A stretch of DNA of 64,000 nt. Source: an uncultured Poribacteria bacterium. GTDB lineage: Bacteria; Poribacteria; WGA-4E; WGA-3G. The position numbers and the translations under genes were made by a program. Position 1 is the stretch's first letter, and each line of letters starts with the position of its first letter. Positions 1-8,752 of the stretch are shown piece by piece. The DNA lies in assembly GCA_958296135.2 (NCBI GenBank), contig CATQHZ020000001.1, positions 2,912,001 through 2,976,000 on the forward strand. The letters run 5' to 3'. The notes beneath the pieces were generated by a model, which ran no database searches, had not been told where the DNA came from, and saw only the letters and a program-made list of their open reading frames with translations.

Positions 1-2
1 CA

Positions 3-332
3 TCCGCTAATAGTGGCTACTTCGTCGACGTGTCCAAGGACGAGGTGGCCGCCCAGCCGGTCTTTCAAACGGAGTGCGCGTTCTAAGTTAACCTGTTCGC
101 CAGTTTTCCGTTCTGCCAATGTGGTGCGTCGCAAGGTTTCCGCGGAGACATCGGCGAGGAAGGTTGCTGACGTGCATGCACTCACGGTGAGGCAGGCTCC
201 ATCAACGGCGATGCTGTCGCCTACCTTTGCATCGGTGAGCACGGTGTGTGCCTGAATTTCAAGCGTCGCGCCTTGCGAGTCGCGCTGAAGGCTCACGACG
301 GTTCCCAGTTCCTCAACGATTCCGGTAAACAT
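3..332 (-). CDS. ribE: Riboflavin synthase (alpha type), 5' part; runs off the window edge
   Basis: Minus strand from ATG at 332 reads MFTGIVEELG...GDSIAVDGA..SLT...VNLERAL...GGHLVLGHVD (MFTG start signature); directly downstream of ribD. Confidence 0.93.
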   Translation of the reverse strand, partial: MFTGIVEELGTVVSLQRDSQGATLEIQAHTVLTDAKVGDSIAVDGACLTVSACTSATFLADVSAETLRRTTLAERKTGEQVNLERALRLKDRLGGHLVLGHVDEVATISG

Positions 333-361
333 TTTCTGTTGTTCCTAGCGGTTGTAAATTG

Positions 362-392
362 CCGGTAGGCGCGGTTTGAAACCGCGCCTACG
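362..392. repeat. Palindromic REP-like element, family B (CCGGTAGGCGCGGTTTGAAACCGCGCCTACGG)
   Basis: Near-perfect inverted repeat with GTAG/CTAC ends; related copies near 16362-16389, 37800-37826, 44686-44710, 45503-45533, 46501-46531, 49051-49095, 50113-50135, 56281-56341. Confidence 0.8.
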
Positions 393-429
393 GGGTGTCT
401 CTTGCGAGTTGAACGAACCCTTGGCGGCC

Positions 430-1536
430 CTACAGATAGCCTTGTATGAGGATGTCGCCGTCGCCGCCTTGCACGGGCATCACTGTCACCTTCTCCAACT
501 TTGGTGCGTCTGCCAAAGCGAGAATTCCTTGGCCTCCAAGCGGTCCCGGGGCATCTGCGCCGCCAATAAGTTTCGGTGCGACAAAACAGATGACTTTATG
601 GACAACGCCGGTGGCGATAGCGGTGGCGTTGACTTCCGCGCCCCCTTCTATCAAGACGTTCGTTATTTCGCGCGCGCCTAACGTTTCCATGAGCGCGCTG
701 AAACCGACGCGTCCGTGCTTTGCTGGTACAACGATGACATCGGCCCCCGCCTTTTTCAGCGAGGCGATGTTGTGTGCCGGTGCCTGAGGTGTCACGGCGA
801 TGATGAGTCCTGCGGTGCTCTCGGCGTTGAAGACGTTTGCATCCGTTGGTGTGCGTCCGCGTGAATCCAGCACGATGCGCGTCGCATCTTTGCCCGGCCG
901 ATGTGCGAGCCGCGTCGTTAACGCCGGATTGTCGCGGCGGACGGTGCCGCTTCCGACGAGGATTGCGTCCACTTCATCTCGAATCTCATGGACTTTTTGT
1001 CGCGAGGCCTCGGAGGTTATCCATTGCGATTCTCCGGTGGCAGTAGCGATTTTTCCATCAAGGCTCATCGCTGTCTTGAGAATGACAAAGGGCTGCCCCG
1101 TTTGCACATATTTTCGGTGCACCTCATTAAGTTGTGCTGCTTCTTCGGTACATATCCCGATGTTCACGGAGATGCCGGCTGCTTCCAACTGCCGAATGCC
1201 TTTGCCCGCGACTTTGGGGTTGGCATCCACTTCCGCGATGTAAACCTGCGCGATGCCTGCCTGAATGAGTGCATCGGTGCAGGGCGGCGTGCGTCCCCAA
1301 TGGCAACACGGTTCGAGGTTGACGTAGAGGGTGCCGTCTTTGGCGGCCGTTCCAGCTGCCTGCAGCGCGTGGATTTCGGCATGCGGCCCGCCTGCTTTCT
1401 GATGATACCCTTCGCCGACGATGTTCCCCGCTTTCACGATAACTGCGCCGACGAGGGGGTTCGGGCTCGTATGGCCCTTGCCCATTCTGGCTAATGTTAG
1501 CGCGCGCCGCATCAATGTTATGTGTGTCTCATCCAT
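430..1536 (-). CDS. ribD: Bifunctional riboflavin deaminase/reductase RibD
   Basis: HAE and EPCCHWGRTPPC zinc-deaminase motifs, plus SLDGKIA and IEGG reductase motifs; 368 aa. Confidence 0.97.
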   Translation of the reverse strand: MDETHITLMRRALTLARMGKGHTSPNPLVGAVIVKAGNIVGEGYHQKAGGPHAEIHALQAAGTAAKDGTLYVNLEPCCHWGRTPPCTDALIQAGIAQVYIAEVDANPKVAGKGIRQLEAAGISVNIGICTEEAAQLNEVHRKYVQTGQPFVILKTAMSLDGKIATATGESQWITSEASRQKVHEIRDEVDAILVGSGTVRRDNPALTTRLAHRPGKDATRIVLDSRGRTPTDANVFNAESTAGLIIAVTPQAPAHNIASLKKAGADVIVVPAKHGRVGFSALMETLGAREITNVLIEGGAEVNATAIATGVVHKVICFVAPKLIGGADAPGPLGGQGILALADAPKLEKVTVMPVQGGDGDILIQGYL

Positions 1537-1718
1537 CGTGGTTTGTCACTTATTATTGCTATATTTGGCGAGGGGAACCCTCGGCGATTCGCGCTCGCCG
1601 GGCCCGCGCCCTACGGCATAGAGAGACTGTTTTAAAATAGTATACCATATTTTAATTAAAAATGAAAATGTTTTTTTCTCAGGGATAGGGCCATTTCGTT
1701 TTCGACGGACACGGCATC

Positions 1719-2342
1719 CTAGTCTTTTAAGTTGTCTTCCCCCGCGCAGGCTTTGAGTCCCTCTATGAATACCTGAAAACTTCGCGAACGATTGCGGCTC
1801 GGCTCCATGTGCAGCGCAATGTTTTGTGCCACCTTTATCTTGCGTAACCACTTCGGGTAGTATCTTTTCAGCAGGCGTTCAAGGGCTTCACAGGTGCCGC
1901 CGGTGATTGCATCAGGATCCCGATATTTCGCCCGGTTTTGGAAAGTTTTTGAGACGTTAGGATAGGCTATCCTCAGTGCCTCAATGTCTCCAAAAAACCA
2001 TGCCTCTAACTCCTCGACCGCCAACCGATTGACGACGCGAAACTCGCCTTGGGAATTCGGATGGGATTTCGTCAAAAACCCTGCCTCGCGAGCAGCCTGT
2101 TCTAACCGCGCCTTCAGTACCCGGCAATCTTGCCTGTCTTCATCAATAAGCACAAATATTCGCCAGTCGGCAGGCAGCCATCGGCGGTAGCCCTTCAATC
2201 GCGACGGCAGTTTTTTTAACAGGTCTTGTTTGCCTTCAAAGACATGGAAGTGGAAACTGACATTGTCGGCAAGAATCTTTGGCAAGATAGCCTGCAGTGC
2301 CGCTTCGGCAGAGGGTTCTTCCAATAAGAATTCAATGTGCAT
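1719..2342 (-). CDS. DUF4276-family (TOPRIM-like) protein
   Basis: Starts [16 protein letters not shown]; has [14 protein letters not shown] and NRSRSFQ motifs; overlaps the stop of the upstream ATPase gene. Confidence 0.8.
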   Translation of the reverse strand: MHIEFLLEEPSAEAALQAILPKILADNVSFHFHVFEGKQDLLKKLPSRLKGYRRWLPADWRIFVLIDEDRQDCRVLKARLEQAAREAGFLTKSHPNSQGEFRVVNRLAVEELEAWFFGDIEALRIAYPNVSKTFQNRAKYRDPDAITGGTCEALERLLKRYYPKWLRKIKVAQNIALHMEPSRNRSRSFQVFIEGLKACAGEDNLKD

Positions 2343-3555
2343 GCGTGCCTCCCTTGGGGCCGCCTGCATTTGTCAGCGGGTCGCCGATATCAAAGTAATT
2401 TTCCATCCAGAGCTGCCCCAACTTCGCACCGGTTTCCAGAAAATCCTTGATACCTAGCATATCCGCTGTCCGTTTGCAATTTGTAAACCCTTGTTTATCA
2501 CGATAAAGCACCCAGACCTCTTCGGCGCGGAGGCCGTTGATGAAATGAGGCGAATGCGTGGTAATCATCAGTTGAGTGAACGCTGATGCCTCGCGGCACT
2601 CATCTGTCAAACCGGCCAACAAGCGGGGATGTAGGTAATTTTCGGGTTCCTCAATACCTATTAATTCCGGCGGTTCTGCATCGTGTAACAACGTCAAGTA
2701 GGACAGCATCTTCAAGGTGCCATCGGAGGCGAACTTGGCTAAGATGGGTTGCTCAAACGGCACATCCTTAATCTGTAACAGGAGGCGGCCATCCTGCATC
2801 AGTTCTGCATCCACCCGTTCTAAGCGTGGCACCCGATCCTTCAAGGTTGAAAGAATACGCTTCAGCTGCTGCGGGTGCTGTTCTTTCAGATACTGGATGA
2901 CGTTCGGCAGATTGTCTCCCGTTTCCGAGAGCCGTTCTTGCGGGCCCGCTTCGGGCACCCCGCGCGTGGCATCGGCAGACAAGTAGGAGAGATGCCAGCC
3001 GGTAATAAAGCGGCGCAAGGCACTCACGCGAGGGTGCCGCGCCAGTTGTCCAAGTGCGCTGACGGCCAGCATTGATGCATCGTCAAGTTGTTCATCAATT
3101 CGCGTATCCTTCATATCGGGTGCTTCACCAGCGATGACCCGGCCTTCGCCTTGACGAAAATCGAAGAAGCGAAACGGTTGCCCCTTGCTCCCGCGCCGCC
3201 ATCGTAGGGATTCAGTCTCAACATGCACCCCTTTCGGGTTTTCGTTAATTGCTAAGCGGTAGGTGATGATGGGTGTCTTCGGTTTCTCGCGATATTTCAA
3301 TTCAAATTCTATCGCGCCGTCACTCCCGCGGGTTCGGAGTTCCTTAAAACGTCCTCTTTTGTCCCACGCCCGGCGCAAACCCACCGTGAAGCATTCGGAG
3401 AGAAACGCGAATACATCAAATAGGGTTGATTTCCCGCTGCCGTTCGGCCCTAGGAAGGCTGACATCGGTGTTATTTTTCGTAATTCGACATCCCGCAGCG
3501 CGCGATAGTTCTTCACGCGTAAGGATTCAATACGGGGGACAGTCTGTTTCGCCAT
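2332..3555 (-). CDS. ABC-type AAA ATPase (AAA_21/AbiEii-like), putative defence component
   Basis: Walker [10 protein letters not shown], signature-like SDGTLK, Walker [14 protein letters not shown]-loop ITTHSP; no TM partner gene. Confidence 0.88.
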   Translation of the reverse strand: MAKQTVPRIESLRVKNYRALRDVELRKITPMSAFLGPNGSGKSTLFDVFAFLSECFTVGLRRAWDKRGRFKELRTRGSDGAIEFELKYREKPKTPIITYRLAINENPKGVHVETESLRWRRGSKGQPFRFFDFRQGEGRVIAGEAPDMKDTRIDEQLDDASMLAVSALGQLARHPRVSALRRFITGWHLSYLSADATRGVPEAGPQERLSETGDNLPNVIQYLKEQHPQQLKRILSTLKDRVPRLERVDAELMQDGRLLLQIKDVPFEQPILAKFASDGTLKMLSYLTLLHDAEPPELIGIEEPENYLHPRLLAGLTDECREASAFTQLMITTHSPHFINGLRAEEVWVLYRDKQGFTNCKRTADMLGIKDFLETGAKLGQLWMENYFDIGDPLTNAGGPKGGTHAH

Positions 3556-3732
3556 CTCAATTGCCTCTATATGAACAACATTTATCTGATATGATACCCT
3601 ATTTCAAGCGGCTTGTCAATCTTTTTAATTGGTTTAGTTAGCGGCATGGTTCCGGCTGCAGTGCATGGCGAGGCACAGGACCGCGCCCTACGGTAGAAGT
3701 GATGGACGCATGGTTCCGACTGCGGGCTGTCC

Positions 3733-4227
3733 TTACAAAGTTTCGTCAATAGCGCGTAAGTGTTTCAGAATCTCCGTTTGCTTTGCCAAATCAAACTGAT
3801 GCGAGCCGATGTACATATACCGAATAATCCCGCGTTTGTCAATGATAAACGTCGCAGGCCGCGCGATGTTGTAAGCTTCAAGGCTGAGCCAGTGGTAGAC
3901 TCCGTAACTCTTGATGACGCGCCGCTCCTTGTCCACGAGCAAAGGGTAGGTGATGCCGTTGCGTTCCGCGTAGCCGCGCAATTCACGGGGCCACTGGCCC
4001 GCAATGGCGAGAGGGGTGGCATCGTGTTGCGCGTATGCCTCAACTTGTTCTTGCACTGCCGCCAACTGGCGACGGCTATTCGGACACCATGTCCCCCGAA
4101 AAAATGTCAGCACGACGCGCTGCTCGCCGCGATAGGATTCCAGCGACACGGCGCGTCGTTCATGTGAGGGGAGTGTCCATAAAGGGGCGGTATCGCCGAT
4201 GTTGAGAAGTCCGTTTTTGCGTGGCAT
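3733..4227 (-). CDS. Peroxiredoxin-like (AhpC/TSA, redoxin) protein
   Basis: FFRGTWCPNS (CxxS), YPLLVD, ARPATFIID motifs. Confidence 0.85.
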   Translation of the reverse strand: MPRKNGLLNIGDTAPLWTLPSHERRAVSLESYRGEQRVVLTFFRGTWCPNSRRQLAAVQEQVEAYAQHDATPLAIAGQWPRELRGYAERNGITYPLLVDKERRVIKSYGVYHWLSLEAYNIARPATFIIDKRGIIRYMYIGSHQFDLAKQTEILKHLRAIDETL

Positions 4228-4390
4228 AGCGAAAGTGTGAGAAAAATTAGGCAGGCAGCATACCGAAGTCGCGCTTGCATGAAGACTGAGAAAAGAAACG
4301 GGTTATTTTTCCTCGCAGGAGAAGACATCCGCCTTTACAGGCATCGCGCTTCCACGCTTGCCAAGGCGGTATTTTCGGTATGTGAACTTT

Positions 4391-5518
4391 TCAAGACATC
4401 AATTCCACAAATACCTCATTCGCCAAGAAAAGTCCGCGGTTTGTCAGGCGGAGATGCGTTTCGGTGCGTTCCAGCAACCCCAAGTCTATCCATTCTCCGT
4501 AGATTTCGCCAAGTTCAGTTTCGATTTCTTCTCCAAAACGTTCCTGATACGCCGCAAGCGAGATACCTTCGCGTTTCCGTAGCGCGAGCATGAGCGTCTC
4601 CGCCTTTTCAGCCTGCTCGGTGAGGCGTTCAGCATGGGTGACCGGTTTTATGCCTCGCTGAAGGATGTCAATGTAATCGGCGATGCCGCGAGTATTGGCG
4701 TAGCGGGTTCCGTCAATGTAGCCGCACGCGCCTGTACCTAACCCGATGCACGCCTGATTGTTCCAATAGACGAGGTTATGTTTCGCCGTTCGATTGGGAC
4801 GCGCGAAGTTGCAGATTTCATAGTGTTCGTACCCGCGTGCCGTTAACGTCTCAATCGCATAGTGGAACATGTCCGCTTCTGTATCCTCGGAGGGAAGGGG
4901 CAGTTCACCTGCCTTCCACCACTCATAAAACGGCGTTGCCTCCTCCATGACGAGATTATAGACGGAAATGTGCGCCGGGGCAAGCGAAATGACTTTGGTT
5001 AAGGTATCCTGCCACTCGGCCATCGTTTGCTTGGGGAGCGCGAAGAGCAAGTCAATGTTGATGTTATCAAATCCACAGTCGCGGGCGAGCTGGTAACTGT
5101 GCAGAAAATCGGCGACGGTGTGGCTGCGGCCGAGCTGCTTCAGCGTCTCATTCTGCATCGCCTGCAGCCCGAAACTGAGCCGATTGATGCCGGCATGCCG
5201 CATAACGTTCAGTTTTTCTGCGTCAACGGTGCCCGGATTGCATTCCACTGTGATTTCGGCATCGGCGCGAATTTGGAAATGCGCGTTTAAATCGGCGAAC
5301 ACCTGCGTCAATGCCGCGGCCGACAGCATAGAAGGGGTGCCACCGCCGATAAAAATGGTGCTTAACGGCGTAGTTCTCGGCGCGTAAAGTGCCATCTCTT
5401 CGCGCAGTGCTACGAGGTAGTCCTTCGCCTGCTCTTTGTGGAAAGGATAGGTATTGAAGGCGCAATAGTAGCACTTCGTTGCGCAAAACGGAATGTGGAG
5501 GTAGATGGAAGAAGCCAT
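4391..5518 (-). CDS. hemW: Radical SAM heme chaperone HemW (HemN-like)
   Basis: YLHIPFCATKCYYCAF (CxxxCxxC), GGGTPS, HYEICNF, HNLVYW motifs. Confidence 0.92.
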   Translation of the reverse strand: MASSIYLHIPFCATKCYYCAFNTYPFHKEQAKDYLVALREEMALYAPRTTPLSTIFIGGGTPSMLSAAALTQVFADLNAHFQIRADAEITVECNPGTVDAEKLNVMRHAGINRLSFGLQAMQNETLKQLGRSHTVADFLHSYQLARDCGFDNINIDLLFALPKQTMAEWQDTLTKVISLAPAHISVYNLVMEEATPFYEWWKAGELPLPSEDTEADMFHYAIETLTARGYEHYEICNFARPNRTAKHNLVYWNNQACIGLGTGACGYIDGTRYANTRGIADYIDILQRGIKPVTHAERLTEQAEKAETLMLALRKREGISLAAYQERFGEEIETELGEIYGEWIDLGLLERTETHLRLTNRGLFLANEVFVELMS

Positions 5519-5520
5519 GG

Positions 5521-5814
5521 TCAGCGCTTATGCCACGGGAAGACGGTTATGTTCTTCGCCCAAAACCGCTTGTATTGGGACTCCGTCGTCTCCGATGGCG
5601 GCACCTCGGCGAGGTCTGCCGCGACATTGAACGGATTGTCGTGATAACAGACTATCTGATAATCAACGGAAGCTTCACTGACAGATTGCTGTAAGTCATC
5701 AACTGCCTCGGTTGATTTGCCGAAGATCTCGCTGAGCGTCCAACGAACTAAGTCCCAATATGCATCCACATCGCGCTGCGATAATGGAAATTCTTGCTCT
5801 TTTATCGTAGCCAT
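5521..5814 (-). CDS. Hypothetical protein (97 aa)
   Basis: AAGGAG SD upstream of the ATG; ends 2 bp before the hemW start. Confidence 0.65.
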   Translation of the reverse strand: MATIKEQEFPLSQRDVDAYWDLVRWTLSEIFGKSTEAVDDLQQSVSEASVDYQIVCYHDNPFNVAADLAEVPPSETTESQYKRFWAKNITVFPWHKR

Positions 5815-5933
5815 TGTGGTAGTCTCCTTTCATACTCTGGTGTTCCCCGGCTGTGTAACACGGGCGCGGGGAGGATTTTCAACGCCGCCTCGCTATGAAA
5901 ACCAACCGGGTCCATGTCTTTGGCAACGAACAA

Positions 5934-7031
5934 CTAAAATTCCACACCCACCCGGATGGCATTCCCACCATCCGCATAAGCAAACGCCTCGTTCAGCTGC
6001 GCAAACGGGAAGGTGTGCGAGATGATTTTATGGAACGGGTATTTGTGTTGTGTCCGGTTCAAAAAATCGAGGGCGCGCGGGATAACCCACGGTTCATAGA
6101 CGATGATGCCGCGGATCGCCTTGCTACACCGCACAATGTTGCCCGGGTCTATCTCTGTCGGAAAGCCGAGGTTAATATTGCCGATCCAGAGGTACCGCCC
6201 ACCCCAACGGAGCATCTCTATGCCTTCGGCGATGACTCGCGGTGAACCGACGAATTCCGCGACCAGGTCTGCGCCGCTACCCCCGGTGTGGTCCATCACG
6301 TAAGCGAGCCGTTCGTTGGGTGGCATCACGTCAACGTTGATGCCGTGGTCTGCCCCGAATTCCCGCGCGAGTGCCAGGCGCGCCGGGAGCCGGTCCAACA
6401 CAATTATTTGTCCTGCGCCCATCTCTTTCGCGACAGCAGTGGCGTAGAGTCCGAGTCCGCCGGCCCCTTGTATGACGACTGTATCGCCGAGGGTGATGCC
6501 GATTTGGTTGAGGCCATATACCACTTCGGCGAGCGCACAGTTGATAGGCGAGACGAGTGCATCGGGGAGTGCGTCTGGTACTTTGAAAACCCAATGCCCG
6601 CGCTTCATATAGTAGTATTCGCCGTATGCTCCGTGAAAATGCGGTGGCTGCTCGCTGGAGACACCGAGCCAATCGCGATAACGGTTTGGGCATCCCGGCT
6701 TCCCGTTGAGGCATGTCCAGCAGTGTTGGCACGGTTTGAAATAGGAGTATGCAATCCGGTCGCCTTCCTCTAACGGTTGCCCGCGGCTATCGGTTGCGAT
6801 ATTTTTGCCTATGGCTTCAATCGTGCCGACCATTTCGTGTCCGAGCACCTGCGGGATGCCGCTGGCGATTTTGGGCCCGTGTCCGCGCCAGAAGTGCAGA
6901 TCGGAGCCGCAGATGTTGGCCATGCGGATTCGGACGAGGATATCGTCATCGCCGACAGCGGGGATTGGGTATTCGCGGAATTCCATCGGTGCCTGCGGTT
7001 GTGTGAAAATAGCGACTTTTCCGGTTTTCAT
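5934..7031 (-). CDS. Zinc-binding alcohol dehydrogenase (MDR family)
   Basis: ICGSDLH, GHE, CxxCxxC..C structural zinc site and GAGGLG Rossmann motif. Confidence 0.92.
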   Translation of the reverse strand: MKTGKVAIFTQPQAPMEFREYPIPAVGDDDILVRIRMANICGSDLHFWRGHGPKIASGIPQVLGHEMVGTIEAIGKNIATDSRGQPLEEGDRIAYSYFKPCQHCWTCLNGKPGCPNRYRDWLGVSSEQPPHFHGAYGEYYYMKRGHWVFKVPDALPDALVSPINCALAEVVYGLNQIGITLGDTVVIQGAGGLGLYATAVAKEMGAGQIIVLDRLPARLALAREFGADHGINVDVMPPNERLAYVMDHTGGSGADLVAEFVGSPRVIAEGIEMLRWGGRYLWIGNINLGFPTEIDPGNIVRCSKAIRGIIVYEPWVIPRALDFLNRTQHKYPFHKIISHTFPFAQLNEAFAYADGGNAIRVGVEF

Positions 7032-7402
7032 GTCAGGTATGATGCCACGTTTTCGACGCGTCCCCTCTCCGCTTCGGCGGCCGGTGTCGCCTCCGTGCCG
7101 CGCGGTTTAAGCGTGAGTCTGCATCCGAGTGTATTGAGGATAGTTACAAGGGTGTCAAGCGGCGGTGCCTCGTCCGCGGCGAGCATTTGCTCAAGGACTT
7201 GCGGTGCAAGCTGCGTTTGCTTTGCAAGTTTGGTAACCCCGCCCTGCGATGCGACAAAGGTGCGGAGTGCCACTAAGAAAACGAACGTGTCACCGTCAAC
7301 TTGGTATTCTTCTAGGGCGAATTGGATGTAGCCTAATGCTTCATCCCTGTCTTTCGCCAGTTGTTCAATGAGGTATTCTCGCCATTTGATCGTGCTGTTC
7401 AT
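7028..7402 (-). CDS. Addiction-module antidote (HigA/XRE-like HTH antitoxin)
   Basis: EALGYIQFALEE..FLVALRTFVASQGGVTKLAKQTQL..PPLDTLVTILNTLGCRL pattern; AGGAGG SD before the ATG at 7402. Confidence 0.8.
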   Translation of the reverse strand: MNSTIKWREYLIEQLAKDRDEALGYIQFALEEYQVDGDTFVFLVALRTFVASQGGVTKLAKQTQLAPQVLEQMLAADEAPPLDTLVTILNTLGCRLTLKPRGTEATPAAEAERGRVENVASYLT

Positions 7403-7706
7403 GGTTGTGCCTCCTGATAGTCTCGCCAATACATTCCATTCTGATAGGGAGTGTAGCATTTTCTTGGGAAACGTGTTCCCGAATCCGCTTCTCGGATTCC
7501 GCGATTTCTTCCGCGACGAATTCTCGGGTCTGCTTCTCGGATTTTCCGATTTCCTCCGCGATTTTCATTGTGACGAATTCTCGCATGCGCGCATCGTATT
7601 TCTCAAACATTGCCTCGATTTTCCCCAGGTCTTCACCGCTCAACTCGGCGAACGCCGCCGCATTCATGAGCAGGAACCCGAGCAGCAAAAACAGTGCTAA
7701 TTTCAT
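7365..7706 (-). CDS. Secreted coiled-coil protein, probably truncated or fused by a deletion
   Basis: Signal peptide MKLALFLLLGFLLMNAAAFA, then EEI(G/A)(K/E)SEK repeats; C-terminus runs out of frame over the toxin remnant and antitoxin start. Confidence 0.6.
   Translation of the reverse strand: MKLALFLLLGFLLMNAAAFAELSGEDLGKIEAMFEKYDARMREFVTMKIAEEIGKSEKQTREFVAEEIAESEKRIREHVSQENATLPIRMECIGETIRRHNHEQHDQMARIPH
7399..7434 (-). pseudogene. Remnant 3' end of a RelE/HigB-type toxin gene
   Basis: Reads MYWRDYQEAQP* with the TGA overlapping the antitoxin ATG (ATGA); resembles YWxDY toxin C-termini; the rest of the toxin is absent. Confidence 0.55.
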
Positions 7707-7867
7707 CGGTTATGCCTCTTAGCGTAAAACGTGAGAATAGTATACCGGAATTGCGCGGGAATGTCAATCTTTTTTTCGGGACGAGCGACTTATAAGGGCG
7801 GAAACCCTAGAAATCCGCTCTTTACAGTCGTGGCAGTCGTGGGTAAATTGCGGAATTTTGCGTCTGT

Positions 7868-8305
7868 TCAATACTCATCAAAGTTGACCACCTTCCATTC
7901 CCCGTTGATGCGTTCGGTGTTGAGGACAACGTTTCGGGTAGTCGCCTCCGTGCCGCGCGGTTTAAGCGTCAATTCGTAGTTGAATAGCACCTGATGTTCC
8001 GACGTGTCTTGCCGGGCAAGCTGCTTGTATTCAATCTTCGGCGGCTCCACTCCCGGTTGCCCGGGCATCCGGACTGCCTGCACGCGCGCGATTTCATCAT
8101 GCAACTTCTCTGCCGCCAGTAAATCGACGAGGAGGAGGGCCGCCTCCTGGTCTGCCCGTTGGTAATAGTTATAGATGAAGTCCTCGCTGACGGCCTGCGG
8201 CGTGTTCCGGTCTGCGCACGCGAGGAGGCATAGCATTAAGAGGCCGATGTAGAACGGCAAAAGGTTTTTGCGTAAGGTTTGAGAAAAATTAGATCCGATT
8301 TTCAT
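7868..8305 (-). CDS. Putative lipoprotein
   Basis: Hydrophobic stretch ending LLAC (lipobox-like); C-terminal GEWKVVNFDEY; the ORF-track extension to 8437 is repeat-derived. Confidence 0.7.
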   Translation of the reverse strand: MKIGSNFSQTLRKNLLPFYIGLLMLCLLACADRNTPQAVSEDFIYNYYQRADQEAALLLVDLLAAEKLHDEIARVQAVRMPGQPGVEPPKIEYKQLARQDTSEHQVLFNYELTLKPRGTEATTRNVVLNTERINGEWKVVNFDEY

Positions 8306-8323
8306 TTGGTTTCTTGTGTTGAG

Positions 8324-8752
8324 CATGGCGCGGGACAGACCCGCTCGCCCTACGGTGGTGCGGTGGTGCTCGGTGGCCTGTCCGCCGCGCTTGTTTCTGT
8401 CTAGGATTTGCTGTCGCCCTCCGGTGGCGCGGTGCATGGCGAGGCACAGGCCCTCGCCCTACGGTGGTGCGGCTGTCGTTCTCCGGTGGCGCGGTGCCTG
8501 GCGAGGCACAGGCCCTCGCCCTACGGTGGTGCGGCTGTCGTTCTCCGGTGGCGCGGTGCATGGCGAGGCACAGGCCCTCGCCCTACGGTGGTGCGGCTGT
8601 CGTTCTCCGGTGGCGCGGTGCCTGGCGAGGCACAGGACCTCGCCCTACGGTGGTGCGGCGGTGGTGCTTGGTGGCCTGTCCGCCGCGAGCGTTTCTGTCT
8701 AGGGTTTGCTGTCGTTCATCGATGGCGCGGGACAGCCCCCTCGCCCTACGGT
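8324..8752. repeat. Tandem REP array, family A (62-bp unit, ~4 copies)
   Basis: Units start at 8419, 8481, 8543, 8605; each carries GGCGAGGCACAGG(C/A)CCTCGCCCTACGG; flanked by a second ~65-bp repeat (8350-8416 vs 8645-8714). Confidence 0.9.

Noticed and set aside
1537-1718. FMN riboswitch expected upstream of ribD/ribE
   Set aside because: No recognisable RFN core motifs; the region holds a REP and an AT-rich promoter-like stretch
4070-4100. Possible selenocysteine in the peroxiredoxin-like active site
   Set aside because: The codons are TGT-CCG-AAT-AGC (CPNS); there is no in-frame TGA
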